Shown piece by piece: positions 35,617-45,800 of a DNA stretch of 64,000 nucleotides (positions within the stretch are counted from its first letter, which is position 1; each line of letters opens with the position of its first letter). Position numbers and translations under genes: made by a program. The DNA lies in contig CBDCPL010000001.1 in the NCBI GenBank assembly GCA_965220235.1, positions 70 through 64,069 on the forward strand, read 5' to 3'. Source of the stretch: Candidatus Azotimanducaceae bacterium (lineage in GTDB: Bacteria > Pseudomonadota > Gammaproteobacteria > Pseudomonadales > Azotimanducaceae). The notes beneath the pieces are model-generated. The model did not search any database and had not been told where the DNA came from. It saw only the letters and a program-made list of their open reading frames with translations.

Positions 35617-35897
35617 GGGTTTACTAGTCTTGGTGGTTTTTCGATGGTAATTTGGCGGAATGGCTCTTGATCATCGATAAAAAGTTCAGTATCGTCGACC
35701 AATGTTGCCCATATTCGCTTTCGGAGAGGCCCAACTCGGTACTTTTTGACCAAATATTCGGATTCCGCCTCCGCGAAACGCCAACCTGACCGCACAATTT
35801 TGACTCTGATCGGTCGTTCGGCACGAGATTTCCAAAACCACTGGCGTGGTACGCACTTTTTGAGCCATCTTTTGAGCCGTCTTAGCGATTTCCTCAC
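35595..35897 (-). CDS. hypothetical basic protein
   Basis: 100-aa ORF. Confidence 0.45.
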   Translation of the reverse strand: MRKSLRRLKRWLKKCVPRQWFWKSRAERPIRVKIVRSGWRFAEAESEYLVKKYRVGPLRKRIWATLVDDTELFIDDQEPFRQITIEKPPRLVNPWTKDSK

Positions 35898-36319
35898 TAA
35901 GACATGCGGTAAAACGTCAATTTGGCGTTGCCGAGCGTGGCGTTACTGCTCGAAGCCATCACATTTCCGCTTGGGCCGAAGCCAATACCTATCGTAACTG
36001 CATCGTAGCGGAACGTAACCGCGTTATCGTCGTCCCTTGCATCGCCTTCGGTAGCGTTATCTACGCCCAAAATGTCATCTGCGAGAAATGTAGCCAGCTC
36101 ACGCGGCCCGCCGTTGCCGACGGCGATAGAAACGAAGATCAAACCACGCCCCTGCAGTTCACGTCGGTGGACTGCGCCGTCCGAATTGGCATGCGCTTCG
36201 AGTTGATTAGCGGTGTAGCTATTGCCTGCGGTGAAAGCAAAGGTACTAGAGTCGATCCGAACCATTGTCGGATTGCCCTTGCCATGAAAAATAGCGTTAG
36301 GATTGCTGTCGTAAGCCAT
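35897..36319 (-). CDS. hypothetical protein
   Basis: The ATG follows AGGAGATCAATC. Confidence 0.55.
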   Translation of the reverse strand: MAYDSNPNAIFHGKGNPTMVRIDSSTFAFTAGNSYTANQLEAHANSDGAVHRRELQGRGLIFVSIAVGNGGPRELATFLADDILGVDNATEGDARDDDNAVTFRYDAVTIGIGFGPSGNVMASSSNATLGNAKLTFYRMS

Positions 36320-36355
36320 GATTGATCTCCTGCGGTCTCCTAAATTTTATCCAGT

Positions 36356-36658
36356 TTAGTGTTCTTGCTCTGAGCGGAACAGATATTCACGGATTTCACG
36401 GATGTCCGATTTGATCGCATCAAGATCATCCTGCATCGATTCGTGAGCAATGATCGCGTCGTGATTCCATTGCTGGTCGTCTCGCTCCCACCGCTCATCT
36501 AGTTGCTGTTGCGCGTGCAGTATCTCGGTCTGTTTCGCCATTTCGATCTTCCCCGTTTCAAGATAGTCGAAGACTTCAAAGAGAGCAAATAACATAGCTA
36601 TACCAGTGACCGCCGCACCGAAGCCCGTGATGATCGGATGATCTTGGATCGACTGCAC
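36356..36658 (-). CDS. Single-TM membrane protein
   Basis: TM segment IITGFGAAVTGIAMLFALFEVF followed by a charged helix. Confidence 0.5.
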   Translation of the reverse strand: MQSIQDHPIITGFGAAVTGIAMLFALFEVFDYLETGKIEMAKQTEILHAQQQLDERWERDDQQWNHDAIIAHESMQDDLDAIKSDIREIREYLFRSEQEH

Positions 36659-36661
36659 GGT

Positions 36662-37372
36662 TTAGGACGCTATCGCTGCGACCCAATCATCGCCTAGCAA
36701 ATTGACATCGGTAGCTATCGCCCCGCTTACGCTCACCGAAGCTGTGAGATTGAGTTTGGTCGATGGGTCTGATATATCAACCCACGAATACCAGTCTCTT
36801 GCTGTATTACCTCTCGCTCCCGGTTCGGCAAATGCGCCCGTGTCTTCGGTGTAAAAATCATCGACCTTGCGGATGTCATTCGCACCCGTAGTCATGTTCG
36901 CAACGAGTATCTTGCGATCTGCCAGCGAGTGAGAACTGTTGCGGCAAACCACGTAGATGTAGCCAAGTGAGGAGTAAAGTCGATTATGTCCTTGCTGAAC
37001 TTTCGCTATCGGTTGTCCGACACCACGCGCTACTAATTCCCCGTTCCAGGCTACCACTTGACGCTGATAGGTGCGGATAGCCTGCTTTAAGTCATCTAGA
37101 TCGGATGGCGGTATGCTCGCCTTCGTCTCGCCATTGATCCAATACCAGCCGTTGCGGATCGTTGCACCATCGACCACCAGCCGCGGTTCGCAGTTAGAGT
37201 TGAAGCCATTGTCGTCATCTTCAATCTCCGCTAAGCGATTGTTGGTCGCATTGTAGGTCGAAGCGTCGAAGCCATTGGCTCGTAAATTCGCTTCGCTGAA
37301 ACTCATACCAACAATCTCGCCGTTCGGCAAGGTCAAGCCGTCTGCGTTATCAATGGCAAAATAGACAGTCAT
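36662..37372 (-). CDS. hypothetical (fibre-module) protein
   Basis: 236-aa ORF, coupled to its neighbours. Confidence 0.55.
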   Translation of the reverse strand: MTVYFAIDNADGLTLPNGEIVGMSFSEANLRANGFDASTYNATNNRLAEIEDDDNGFNSNCEPRLVVDGATIRNGWYWINGETKASIPPSDLDDLKQAIRTYQRQVVAWNGELVARGVGQPIAKVQQGHNRLYSSLGYIYVVCRNSSHSLADRKILVANMTTGANDIRKVDDFYTEDTGAFAEPGARGNTARDWYSWVDISDPSTKLNLTASVSVSGAIATDVNLLGDDWVAAIAS

Positions 37373-38736
37373 CGTAGATAGATATGCAGCGTACCCATTC
37401 GAGTTCGATAACCGCGAAACACTCGGATCGATGTCGCCGCTTCTTCATTGTCGCCAGCGCCGATAAAGTCGATTCGCAATCTCTGATCTTCCTGCGTAGC
37501 CGCTCCGAGCCAAGCCGAGTAACTAGGATCGACCAAGCCTTTGCCTCGACTCCAATGCGTCGCCACGCCCTGCGCGAAGCGAAACAGCAACTGATTGACA
37601 TGCTCCCCGCTCGTATCCGCACTGCCTCGTGTCCGCACCTCGAACTTCGGCACACTCACACCTGACACGTTGCTTGTAGCTATTGATCCGTCATGGTTTT
37701 GAACTTCGTTCTCCCAAGTAAAGTACAGCTCGGAAGCGTCTTGCCAATTGAGCGGCGGATCGAACGTAATTACTTCGCCATTGGCTTGATCAGCTGCATA
37801 TGACACGACCAGCACAGTTCGCCATCCGTTGCTGCCTGGCTCAATACCGACACCAAACGGGCCGTGCCAATGCGAAGTGTCGTCCCGAAAGCGATAGAGA
37901 TAAAACTCCTCATCGACCGGCAAGGTCGTACTCCACGTCTCGCCGTCATCGGTGGAATACTCGATACTGAACGTCCCTCCGCTCGCGTAGACCGTCCATT
38001 CATCTGGATACCAAATACCACTATCTTCGAGCGAGAAATTTGCCGAAGCCAACCAAAGCGGATCGGTGCCTCCCAGCTCTCGTTCGAGCGGACTCCACTC
38101 GGTGTTCTCAGCGAAGATAATCGAAGTGCCGTCAAACCGAATCTCGTCATCGCCAACATCGGACGAAGTGCCTTCGCTTGGCGCTGATGGTTTAGTGGCT
38201 GATCTGCGATGGACGGTTACAGTACGGCTGATCGCATTGCTGTATGGTGCAAGCCGCCGATCAAGCGCCCCGCCGTCATGTCCTAAGACATAGCCTCGCG
38301 TGAGATTGGCGGTGTTGTCGAACCACGCCCCTTGTTGCACGAGGATTCGATTGCTGGTGGAGCGTCCAACGAGCAACGTATTACGCGTATTCACGCCCGC
38401 AATGATCACGCCCGTACCTGCTGCGGTGGATAGGTTATTGCCTTCCCTTGCCTGATTGATGTCATAAAACTGCTCGATTGAGACGAGAAACGAATCGACC
38501 AGCGTATATACGCCGGCGCTAAAACTCTCGACGTCAATGCGTATGCGGTCGTGATTGGCGCGACTAACTTGCCCGCCCGCAAGCCTGCGCGCGTTATTGA
38601 CTCGCGGATTGACACCCGAAGCCACCCACTCCCAATTGATCTCGCCCATCAATTCGGGCATGTCAGTTAGGAGTACGCCATCCGTATCGCTAGTGGTAGC
38701 GAATTTCTTGACGGGAACTCTGGCACCAATTGCCAT
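37369..38736 (-). CDS. hypothetical (fibre-module) protein
   Basis: 455-aa ORF. Confidence 0.6.
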   Translation of the reverse strand: MAIGARVPVKKFATTSDTDGVLLTDMPELMGEINWEWVASGVNPRVNNARRLAGGQVSRANHDRIRIDVESFSAGVYTLVDSFLVSIEQFYDINQAREGNNLSTAAGTGVIIAGVNTRNTLLVGRSTSNRILVQQGAWFDNTANLTRGYVLGHDGGALDRRLAPYSNAISRTVTVHRRSATKPSAPSEGTSSDVGDDEIRFDGTSIIFAENTEWSPLERELGGTDPLWLASANFSLEDSGIWYPDEWTVYASGGTFSIEYSTDDGETWSTTLPVDEEFYLYRFRDDTSHWHGPFGVGIEPGSNGWRTVLVVSYAADQANGEVITFDPPLNWQDASELYFTWENEVQNHDGSIATSNVSGVSVPKFEVRTRGSADTSGEHVNQLLFRFAQGVATHWSRGKGLVDPSYSAWLGAATQEDQRLRIDFIGAGDNEEAATSIRVFRGYRTRMGTLHIYLR

Positions 38737-38739
38737 TCG

Positions 38740-41700
38740 CTACTCCACGAAAACACGCACTCTTGGAGCGGCGCCGTTGCCCGCTATCGCCATCGCTACT
38801 TCGCCATTTTCTACGGGTGCAATGCGGATGTAGTGATTGCGATACTGCGACCAGAAGTCGAGCGATTGATCGCTGTCTGCGTGCGCCTGCCCTATTCTCG
38901 TATCTTCGAGCGGCGATAAAAGCGACAAGGCTTCTGAGGAAAAATGGTAGATGTCCCAAGCATTCTGATCACTCGCACCTACTACGATCTTTTCGACGCA
39001 GAGCGTCACGTTGTATTGATCAGCAAAGTGCCATTGTGCGTGATTGATCAACTCAAATTTATGCCAATTGGCGTCGCTCTCCCAGTCCATCTCCACGATC
39101 CTGCGATTGCGCAGGATGCCTTCGGTGTGGACTTGGCGAACCTTCGCTTCGGTCGGTGCTTGCGCCTGAAGCGAAAGACCGAATGTCGCAGAGGATAAGT
39201 CGTGATCGGAGGTAATAACGATGGACTCGCCTGCCACCCAAGCGGCTTCTACTCCCGTCAACTTGCCTGCCGTATCCCCCGAATGCAATTCAAGCGAACC
39301 TATTTCTTCGCGCGTGTCAAGTCCTTGTATCTGTCGCCAGACTTTCACTATCGGACTCACCGCGCTTGCCCATGCTGGATAGTCAAGCGTCCACGCCACC
39401 TGCCGTATGTCCCGCTTGGCGATCAACTCTCGCGTAACGACGTCCCACCAAGCCGACTCAGCGGACAATGCGTTGAAGTCGTAGATGTATTCGTCCTCGT
39501 CCGTGATCTCGTCTCCGAACGATCCAGTCAAGCTAATGTCTCGCCCCATCAAGTCGCTTACATTGGCGACCTGCAATTTTTGATTCTTGATGTAGACCTG
39601 TCGAGCATGATGGGTCTCGGTGGTGTTTCTCACTAGCACATACACCCGCTCGGTATCGTCCAGTGAAATGCTGGGGACGGCAAGAGAAACATCCAAGTGA
39701 CGCTTACCTCGATTGACCTCGTATTCGACACTCAGTTCCATGCCTGAATAATCGACTGATCCGCCTGCACCATCGCGCTTGACGATGCGGAAGAAATGCT
39801 GCCGCAAATCACCGCCTACGCCTTGTTGTTGGCTGCTAGAATCGTAGGCGATTAAATCCGTACCTATATTGGCTGGACTGCCTTCTGTTGGGTTGCCGTG
39901 CGAGAGGTGATTGTCAATGTCTCTACGCCAAATCGGTTGATCAACACCCACTTTGAATAGCTGCAATTGAGCGGGGCCAGGGCGTGAAGTTATCCGCATA
40001 GACGGCTTAATTCGCAACCTAAACCTATCGCTGATTTTCGTATTCCCAGAATACCAAACAGTAGGCGCTCTTAGGCTTTGCTCGATACCGTTGATGCCTG
40101 TCTGACCATGTTCGATCCGCAAACTGTCGCCAATGCTGTCAGGCAAGGTATAGCTAATGCCGTAAGGCGACGCACTTGCAATTGAGGTCGTCACCGTCCC
40201 GCTTATCTGCGCGATGTCAAACGCCTTAAAGCCGCCCGGCACGAGCGGTTCGTCCTGCGTTAAATCAATAGCATCTGCGGTTCGACTTGTTTTCATCAAA
40301 TCGAACCGAACCTGATCGGGGTTGGCGGAATCAGTATCGTGATCTTCCAAATTGCAGGTCGCCGTGTAGACGATGGACAAGTCCGCTCCGCTGCTTTCGT
40401 TGCAGTAGATTTCGCTTATCTGCCTGTTGCGATAGCCGCGTCGCTTGTCGTTTCTCAACTCCCAGCCGTTGCCCCGTACCGTGCCATCCGCTTGGTACAT
40501 CGGCACGAAGTTGCGGTTATCGACATTCTGAAATTGGTCGTCCGCAGAGGTATAGGTAACGCCAGTGGCGAGTGATGGGTCGTAGGAATATCGACTTCGC
40601 AGAGGTCGCGCTTGCACTGGATCGGTATTGAGTTTGTCGGGTTGGACAGGCTCGCCGTCAATATAGAAATAGAGGAACGGGTTTTGGATCCAGCCTTCCG
40701 CTGCCTGCGTGCTATGGCGACTGTGCGACTCGAAACTACTGATCTCACGCGAGTTCGCCTGAAACCAGTACGAGATGGCTAGTTGATCGCCGGGTTGAAA
40801 TATCAGGTTGCTCACGTCTATCGTTTCGCGAGCGTGGTAAAGATTGGTCTCAGACGTGCCGCCGGGAGCGATGGGAGTTAGAACCGCCAGCTCCTCATCC
40901 GAAGCGCCCGCCCGAATCAAGTACACCTTAAAAATAGGTTGGTATCGGTTAATCGTTGTGGTGTTAATATCGACCGAAAACGCCATGCTGATGATGTTCG
41001 GCACGGGATCGCGGAACTTCATGGTCGGACGATTGACGTCACTATGCGCCGTGAAGAACTGTTTTAACGCGTCATCAATGGTCGGATTTTTGAGGAAGCG
41101 GTCGTGATTGTCTCCTGTCCACCCCGTGTCGCTTCGCTGCCATGTGCTTGACCACCGCTCGCCGAGCAAAGAGCCTTCGGCACTTGTCTCCCGTAGTCCA
41201 GGCCCCGACCAAATACCGTTACGTCCCGGTGAGCGCAGGAACGAGCGCCTGTTTTCATGCCCGATGGTTGGACTCGAATACTCCTCGATTAGCGCGGTGC
41301 CAGTCGTCTCGCTGCCGATCCACTTTGTATTGTCGTCATCCGTTGGTAGCGGATCAGACGGGTCTATGTCTTCCTGAGCAATATAAAAATGATTGTCGAG
41401 CGTGACAATATGACCTTGCTGGTACCAGGTGTTCTGGATGTACTCGCCGACATAATTCGTCAGAACATCGAAGCGTTGCGGATCGGTGTCAGGCCCGAAG
41501 GAAGTGCGGAAATGCGTCTGCTTGCAAATGTAAAACGCGCGGTCAAGTATTTCCCGCCAATCGTCCGCTAGCGTGTTAGGCGTGTCGCCATTGCTGTCGG
41601 TGCCGTCTGTTAGGCGTAGGTAATAGTGGCGGACAGAACTGCCATCGTCCCAATAGACTTCATCGCCGATACGGTAGGCGGTCGAATCATCGTATTCGGT

Positions 41701-42852
41701 CGCCGAACTATGACCGCGCTCGGTCAAGTCATGGTAGAGAATGTCCCCTTCGAAGATAGTTTGCTGAAAGGCAATATCTCTTGCCCACTCACCCCGATAG
41801 TTGCCCCGTGTTGAAAGTAAATCCCACTTAGTGTCGTCGGGCGACCCCGGTTGCTCGTTGCCCGTGCGTATGTTCGCGTGAGCAATGTAGGTGTTGTTGC
41901 TATGGCGAACAATCGACCCCGCTTGGTAATCTCGGTCAGACCAATTACCCATGAACGAAGTGAGTAGAGACCAGTTGTTGCTGTCATGAGATGGCCCGTT
42001 GCTCTGCTTCCTGTGCGGTGTTTCGCAAATGTAGTATGCTGGATTTTCAAATACGACATCGCCCGCACGAAATTGAGTGATCGCTGGTGCAGTTGTCCAA
42101 CTGCCCCGATACTCCTCCATCTCTGGCAAGTCATGTATCTTTTTGAGCCGTTGCGCCGCTTGCAGTTCAAGCCCAGCCAACGTTGCCCAGTCAGTCGCAT
42201 TGCGGTCAGGATGTTCGCTCGATCCGTCCTGTCCTGCCGTCCGTCTGCGGTAGAGGACTGTGCTGTACTCGACAATATCGCCAACCGCATAAGTGATGGC
42301 GTGTTCCCAGTCGCCTCGATAAGACGAGTCATCGACAATTCGCTCCACCCATGCTTCGATAGCGGTAGTCACTTGCTCTTCGGATTGTGCAGATTGCAGC
42401 GCAGTGTAAAGCGGTACGCTCGCCCTAACTGCCTTGTGCGTCTGCCCCATTTCCAGCAATGCTGGACTGGCTGATATATCGCCATCGACCGGTATGGACG
42501 CTAGGTTATTTACCACCTCTCGCCACACCAGCGGCAGATTGTTAGGTGTGCTATTCGCGGGATCTTGACCTGCTACTAAGCGGAGGTAGAAGTGAGTGGC
42601 GTTCTGCGTATCGACCCAATACACTTCGGCACCGACTGCGTAGTTAGTGCCAGTGGCGTACTCAGTTGCTTGCCCGTGTCCACTGCGGGCGATTAGGTCT
42701 TTGAGATGATCCTCGACCGAGTTCCCTGTGGTCGCATTTTGGTCAATATTCGTGACAATCGTGTCGGCGAATGAAGTCGGCTGGGTATGCGAAGACGGGC
42801 CTATCGGCGACGAGAAGCGTTGCCGAGTGGTAGGTCTGTCGAGAGTAGGCAT
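38740..42852 (-). CDS. Giant virion-associated (fibre-like) protein with N-terminal aromatic-Gly hairpin repeats
   Basis: 1370 aa with ~8 repeats such as YAVGAEVYW, YAVGDIVEY, FRAGDVVFENPAYYIC and YQAGSIVRHSNNTYIA. These resemble CBM5/12-type motifs. Confidence 0.65.
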   Translation of the reverse strand: MPTLDRPTTRQRFSSPIGPSSHTQPTSFADTIVTNIDQNATTGNSVEDHLKDLIARSGHGQATEYATGTNYAVGAEVYWVDTQNATHFYLRLVAGQDPANSTPNNLPLVWREVVNNLASIPVDGDISASPALLEMGQTHKAVRASVPLYTALQSAQSEEQVTTAIEAWVERIVDDSSYRGDWEHAITYAVGDIVEYSTVLYRRRTAGQDGSSEHPDRNATDWATLAGLELQAAQRLKKIHDLPEMEEYRGSWTTAPAITQFRAGDVVFENPAYYICETPHRKQSNGPSHDSNNWSLLTSFMGNWSDRDYQAGSIVRHSNNTYIAHANIRTGNEQPGSPDDTKWDLLSTRGNYRGEWARDIAFQQTIFEGDILYHDLTERGHSSATEYDDSTAYRIGDEVYWDDGSSVRHYYLRLTDGTDSNGDTPNTLADDWREILDRAFYICKQTHFRTSFGPDTDPQRFDVLTNYVGEYIQNTWYQQGHIVTLDNHFYIAQEDIDPSDPLPTDDDNTKWIGSETTGTALIEEYSSPTIGHENRRSFLRSPGRNGIWSGPGLRETSAEGSLLGERWSSTWQRSDTGWTGDNHDRFLKNPTIDDALKQFFTAHSDVNRPTMKFRDPVPNIISMAFSVDINTTTINRYQPIFKVYLIRAGASDEELAVLTPIAPGGTSETNLYHARETIDVSNLIFQPGDQLAISYWFQANSREISSFESHSRHSTQAAEGWIQNPFLYFYIDGEPVQPDKLNTDPVQARPLRSRYSYDPSLATGVTYTSADDQFQNVDNRNFVPMYQADGTVRGNGWELRNDKRRGYRNRQISEIYCNESSGADLSIVYTATCNLEDHDTDSANPDQVRFDLMKTSRTADAIDLTQDEPLVPGGFKAFDIAQISGTVTTSIASASPYGISYTLPDSIGDSLRIEHGQTGINGIEQSLRAPTVWYSGNTKISDRFRLRIKPSMRITSRPGPAQLQLFKVGVDQPIWRRDIDNHLSHGNPTEGSPANIGTDLIAYDSSSQQQGVGGDLRQHFFRIVKRDGAGGSVDYSGMELSVEYEVNRGKRHLDVSLAVPSISLDDTERVYVLVRNTTETHHARQVYIKNQKLQVANVSDLMGRDISLTGSFGDEITDEDEYIYDFNALSAESAWWDVVTRELIAKRDIRQVAWTLDYPAWASAVSPIVKVWRQIQGLDTREEIGSLELHSGDTAGKLTGVEAAWVAGESIVITSDHDLSSATFGLSLQAQAPTEAKVRQVHTEGILRNRRIVEMDWESDANWHKFELINHAQWHFADQYNVTLCVEKIVVGASDQNAWDIYHFSSEALSLLSPLEDTRIGQAHADSDQSLDFWSQYRNHYIRIAPVENGEVAMAIAGNGAAPRVRVFVE

Positions 42853-42864
42853 GGAGAGGTCTCC

Positions 42865-45800
42865 TTATGAGAGTATGTAGGTTTGACCGCTTCCTAGATC
42901 ATCAAAGTTGCTAGTCGTCCTGTATAGTTTATAGTCGATACTGTTGATCGTGAGATCGCTCGCAGGCAACACGCCAATCGCAGTCGTGACATCCACGCCA
43001 CCATGCGTCCACGTGGTCGGTTGAGATTGCGAAGTTGGCACCAGCCAATAGAGGTTATAGGTCGTACCAGGTGTTATCGTCCCCGTGTTATACGACCCCG
43101 CCGCCATACTCGCTGTCGTTATATCGCCCGAGAAATCAATCGTGCCGTCTGCGGCAGAACGCTCTACGAGACCAAAGTGAACTTGCGCAGCTGCCGCCGC
43201 TCTGGCGGTGATCACATAGTCGTGATAAATGGACGGGTCGTTGTTAGCGGTTTCGCCTTCGGCAAAGACCTGCAACTCAATCGAGTAGTTAGCGCCCGCC
43301 GCTAGCGAAGTGTTGGCAGGCAGATTGACCGTGCCGGTTTCGCTTTGCAGATCGCCAACTTGATGGAGTATGTCCACATTCGCTGGTCGATTGTCGGATG
43401 TCCCTTCGTAGCCCACAATACGCGCACTAGACGCATGACCCGCTTGTGAGATGGCTAGGTCATAGGTGTAAGCAGCGTTGCTTATATCACCCGCCACTGG
43501 ATTCTGCTCGCCCGACACATCGAACCGAGCAATACTCGGTCGCACCGTTGGCGTACCTCCGCCTTCGGCAATCGTCTCTAGCAGGATCGTGTTGCCACTG
43601 CTGGCAGCGTTCGGTGTTTGCGCTCCCGCCTCAAAATAGATTTGGTGGGTGTTAGCGTCAGTGTAAAGCCCTGCGGTTAAATCGCTACTCGACCGAGCAA
43701 GCCTCAATCTGTCTGCTCGTACCAGTTGAGAGTCGCCTCGCAGTCCGAGACCAGGTACGTCGAATGTTGCGATCAAATACCCACTCGCTGGTGCGATGAT
43801 CGGATTGCTCTCGGAATCGACAAGCCCCACGTTCGCCGCCGCTCCCGTCAGATCGAATGTTGCGGTGGCGTATTCGGTCGGCGCCCATGTTGCGCCTTCG
43901 CCTTCGGTAATGCCCGTGCCTATTCGCATGAAATTGGCGTACCAATTCGCTGCCCAAGCCACGTCGTTGTCGATGATTCGAACCCATATATTTATTTCGG
44001 TTGGCGCGCTCAAATGCAGTTGAGCGTAAGCACTTATCGTTAATTGAACGTTATTGTTTGGAAACTTCGGCGTGGTCGAACCTTCCAAAACCGCATTGTT
44101 GGAAGATTGTCTAATCTCGTAAGAAATCGCAGCGTTTCTATTGCTCGCAGTGAGCATTCCATGTATGTCAATCATGTAATCGCCAGGAGCGAGCGTGAAA
44201 TCCGTACTTGAAATGCCCGTGATTAACTGAGGGTCGCCGTTTCCAGTGATGACCCTAACTGGATTGGTATCAATAGGGTTGGCTTCAAAATTGGTATTGC
44301 CCGACGCTCTCTCCTGAAATGTAATTCGCTCGACCCGCGTTGGAATGGTGGTAGCGAGCGAAGCCAAATCAACTGTGGTCGGATTCGACCCGCCAATACG
44401 CTCGAAAGTTAATACATCGCCAGATAACGAAACATCATCGTAGCTGTTAGGATCGCCTTCTTCCCAGCCCAAGCGAAGCCAATGATCTTCCCAGTTCGTC
44501 CCTACGTTCGGCTCTGCATTAGCGTCATTTGCCGAGACTGCGGCGATACAGAGATAGGTAGCAGTTCCGCCTGCCGTATGAGCCACGACATCGCCAATCA
44601 CATAGGCGGCTGAAGCAGAATAATCGCCTTCCCATTCCAGTTCATTCGCCAGTGCAGTTTGTATGAGCGCATTGATCTGTGCGACCGTCTGGAACGGAGC
44701 AATCGAACTAGCCAGTCCTGCGGAGTAGACAACGTCGCTTGGCAGTTTGCTTTTCGCCCATCGTCCGCTGTTCCCCGTGCGTGCCTGCGCGATTACGCCC
44801 GCCACCACGCGCGCGTCTACCTGCGTCTGCGTGAGGAAGTTAGCTATCGCTGCGGTAAGTTCCGTGTCTCGTGTGATACTCGCTGGTATCTTGTCGTCCG
44901 CAAATGGATCGGTGTTGCTTATTAACGCTTGCGCCAACACCAAAGCGTTCACTCTCGCATCGGCTTCGGTCTGACCGAAGGGCGTGACTAACTCGTAGGC
45001 AGTCGCATCGCTGTTAAGCGCATTGACCTTGCCCGCATCGTCCGTATCGCTACTCGGAATGACATTCAAGCGATTTGGATTGCGGAGTTCAAGTGGATTC
45101 GATGGCGTACCATCGCCCGACAGATTGGATCCAGTCGTTAAACCGCCAAAGTAATCGACCTCGTTCCAATCGTCTGTGGCAGTTGCAGGATCATCGTTGC
45201 TCGCTGCTCCCGTGATCGCTTTGTTAGCAATGTAGATTTTCTCGCCAAAACCTACCTGGTCGTTGATGGCGTAGTCGTCGGTGGCGTTCCATTCCTGCGG
45301 CAAATACCGAACATCCGCAGAGCCGCCACTTCCACCACCACCGAGAGGGTACTCATTGACCTCTACGCAGGCGTTGGCAAAGCCTTCGAAAAATAGACGC
45401 ATCTGCGTGTTGCTTCCGCGCCCGATAAACACCTCACTCGGAGATGCATCCGCCAGTTCGTTATCGACTGGATCGACAATCGTAAAGCCGAGAACATTCT
45501 CGCCCGCCTGTAAGACCGAAGCCGCCGTCCCTGACCCCGTGTTGTCGACTGTGGGCAGGTCAAGCCATTGTTTCGCGGGGAATTGAGCGAGACCAAAACC
45601 GCCTTGCACCACTGCGTCCGAAGCATTGCGACGGAAGAATCGCACCACGATAAACGAGGACTCACTCGGTGCTTGTGATAGCGTAATCGCGCGCCATGAG
45701 TCAGCCGCTAATGTTTGCGCAGTCGTGTCAATGTGCAGTTGGATCGCATCGCCGCCGCTCGGTATCTCGTAGACTGTGCCGTCAATCTCAATGCTCGTCA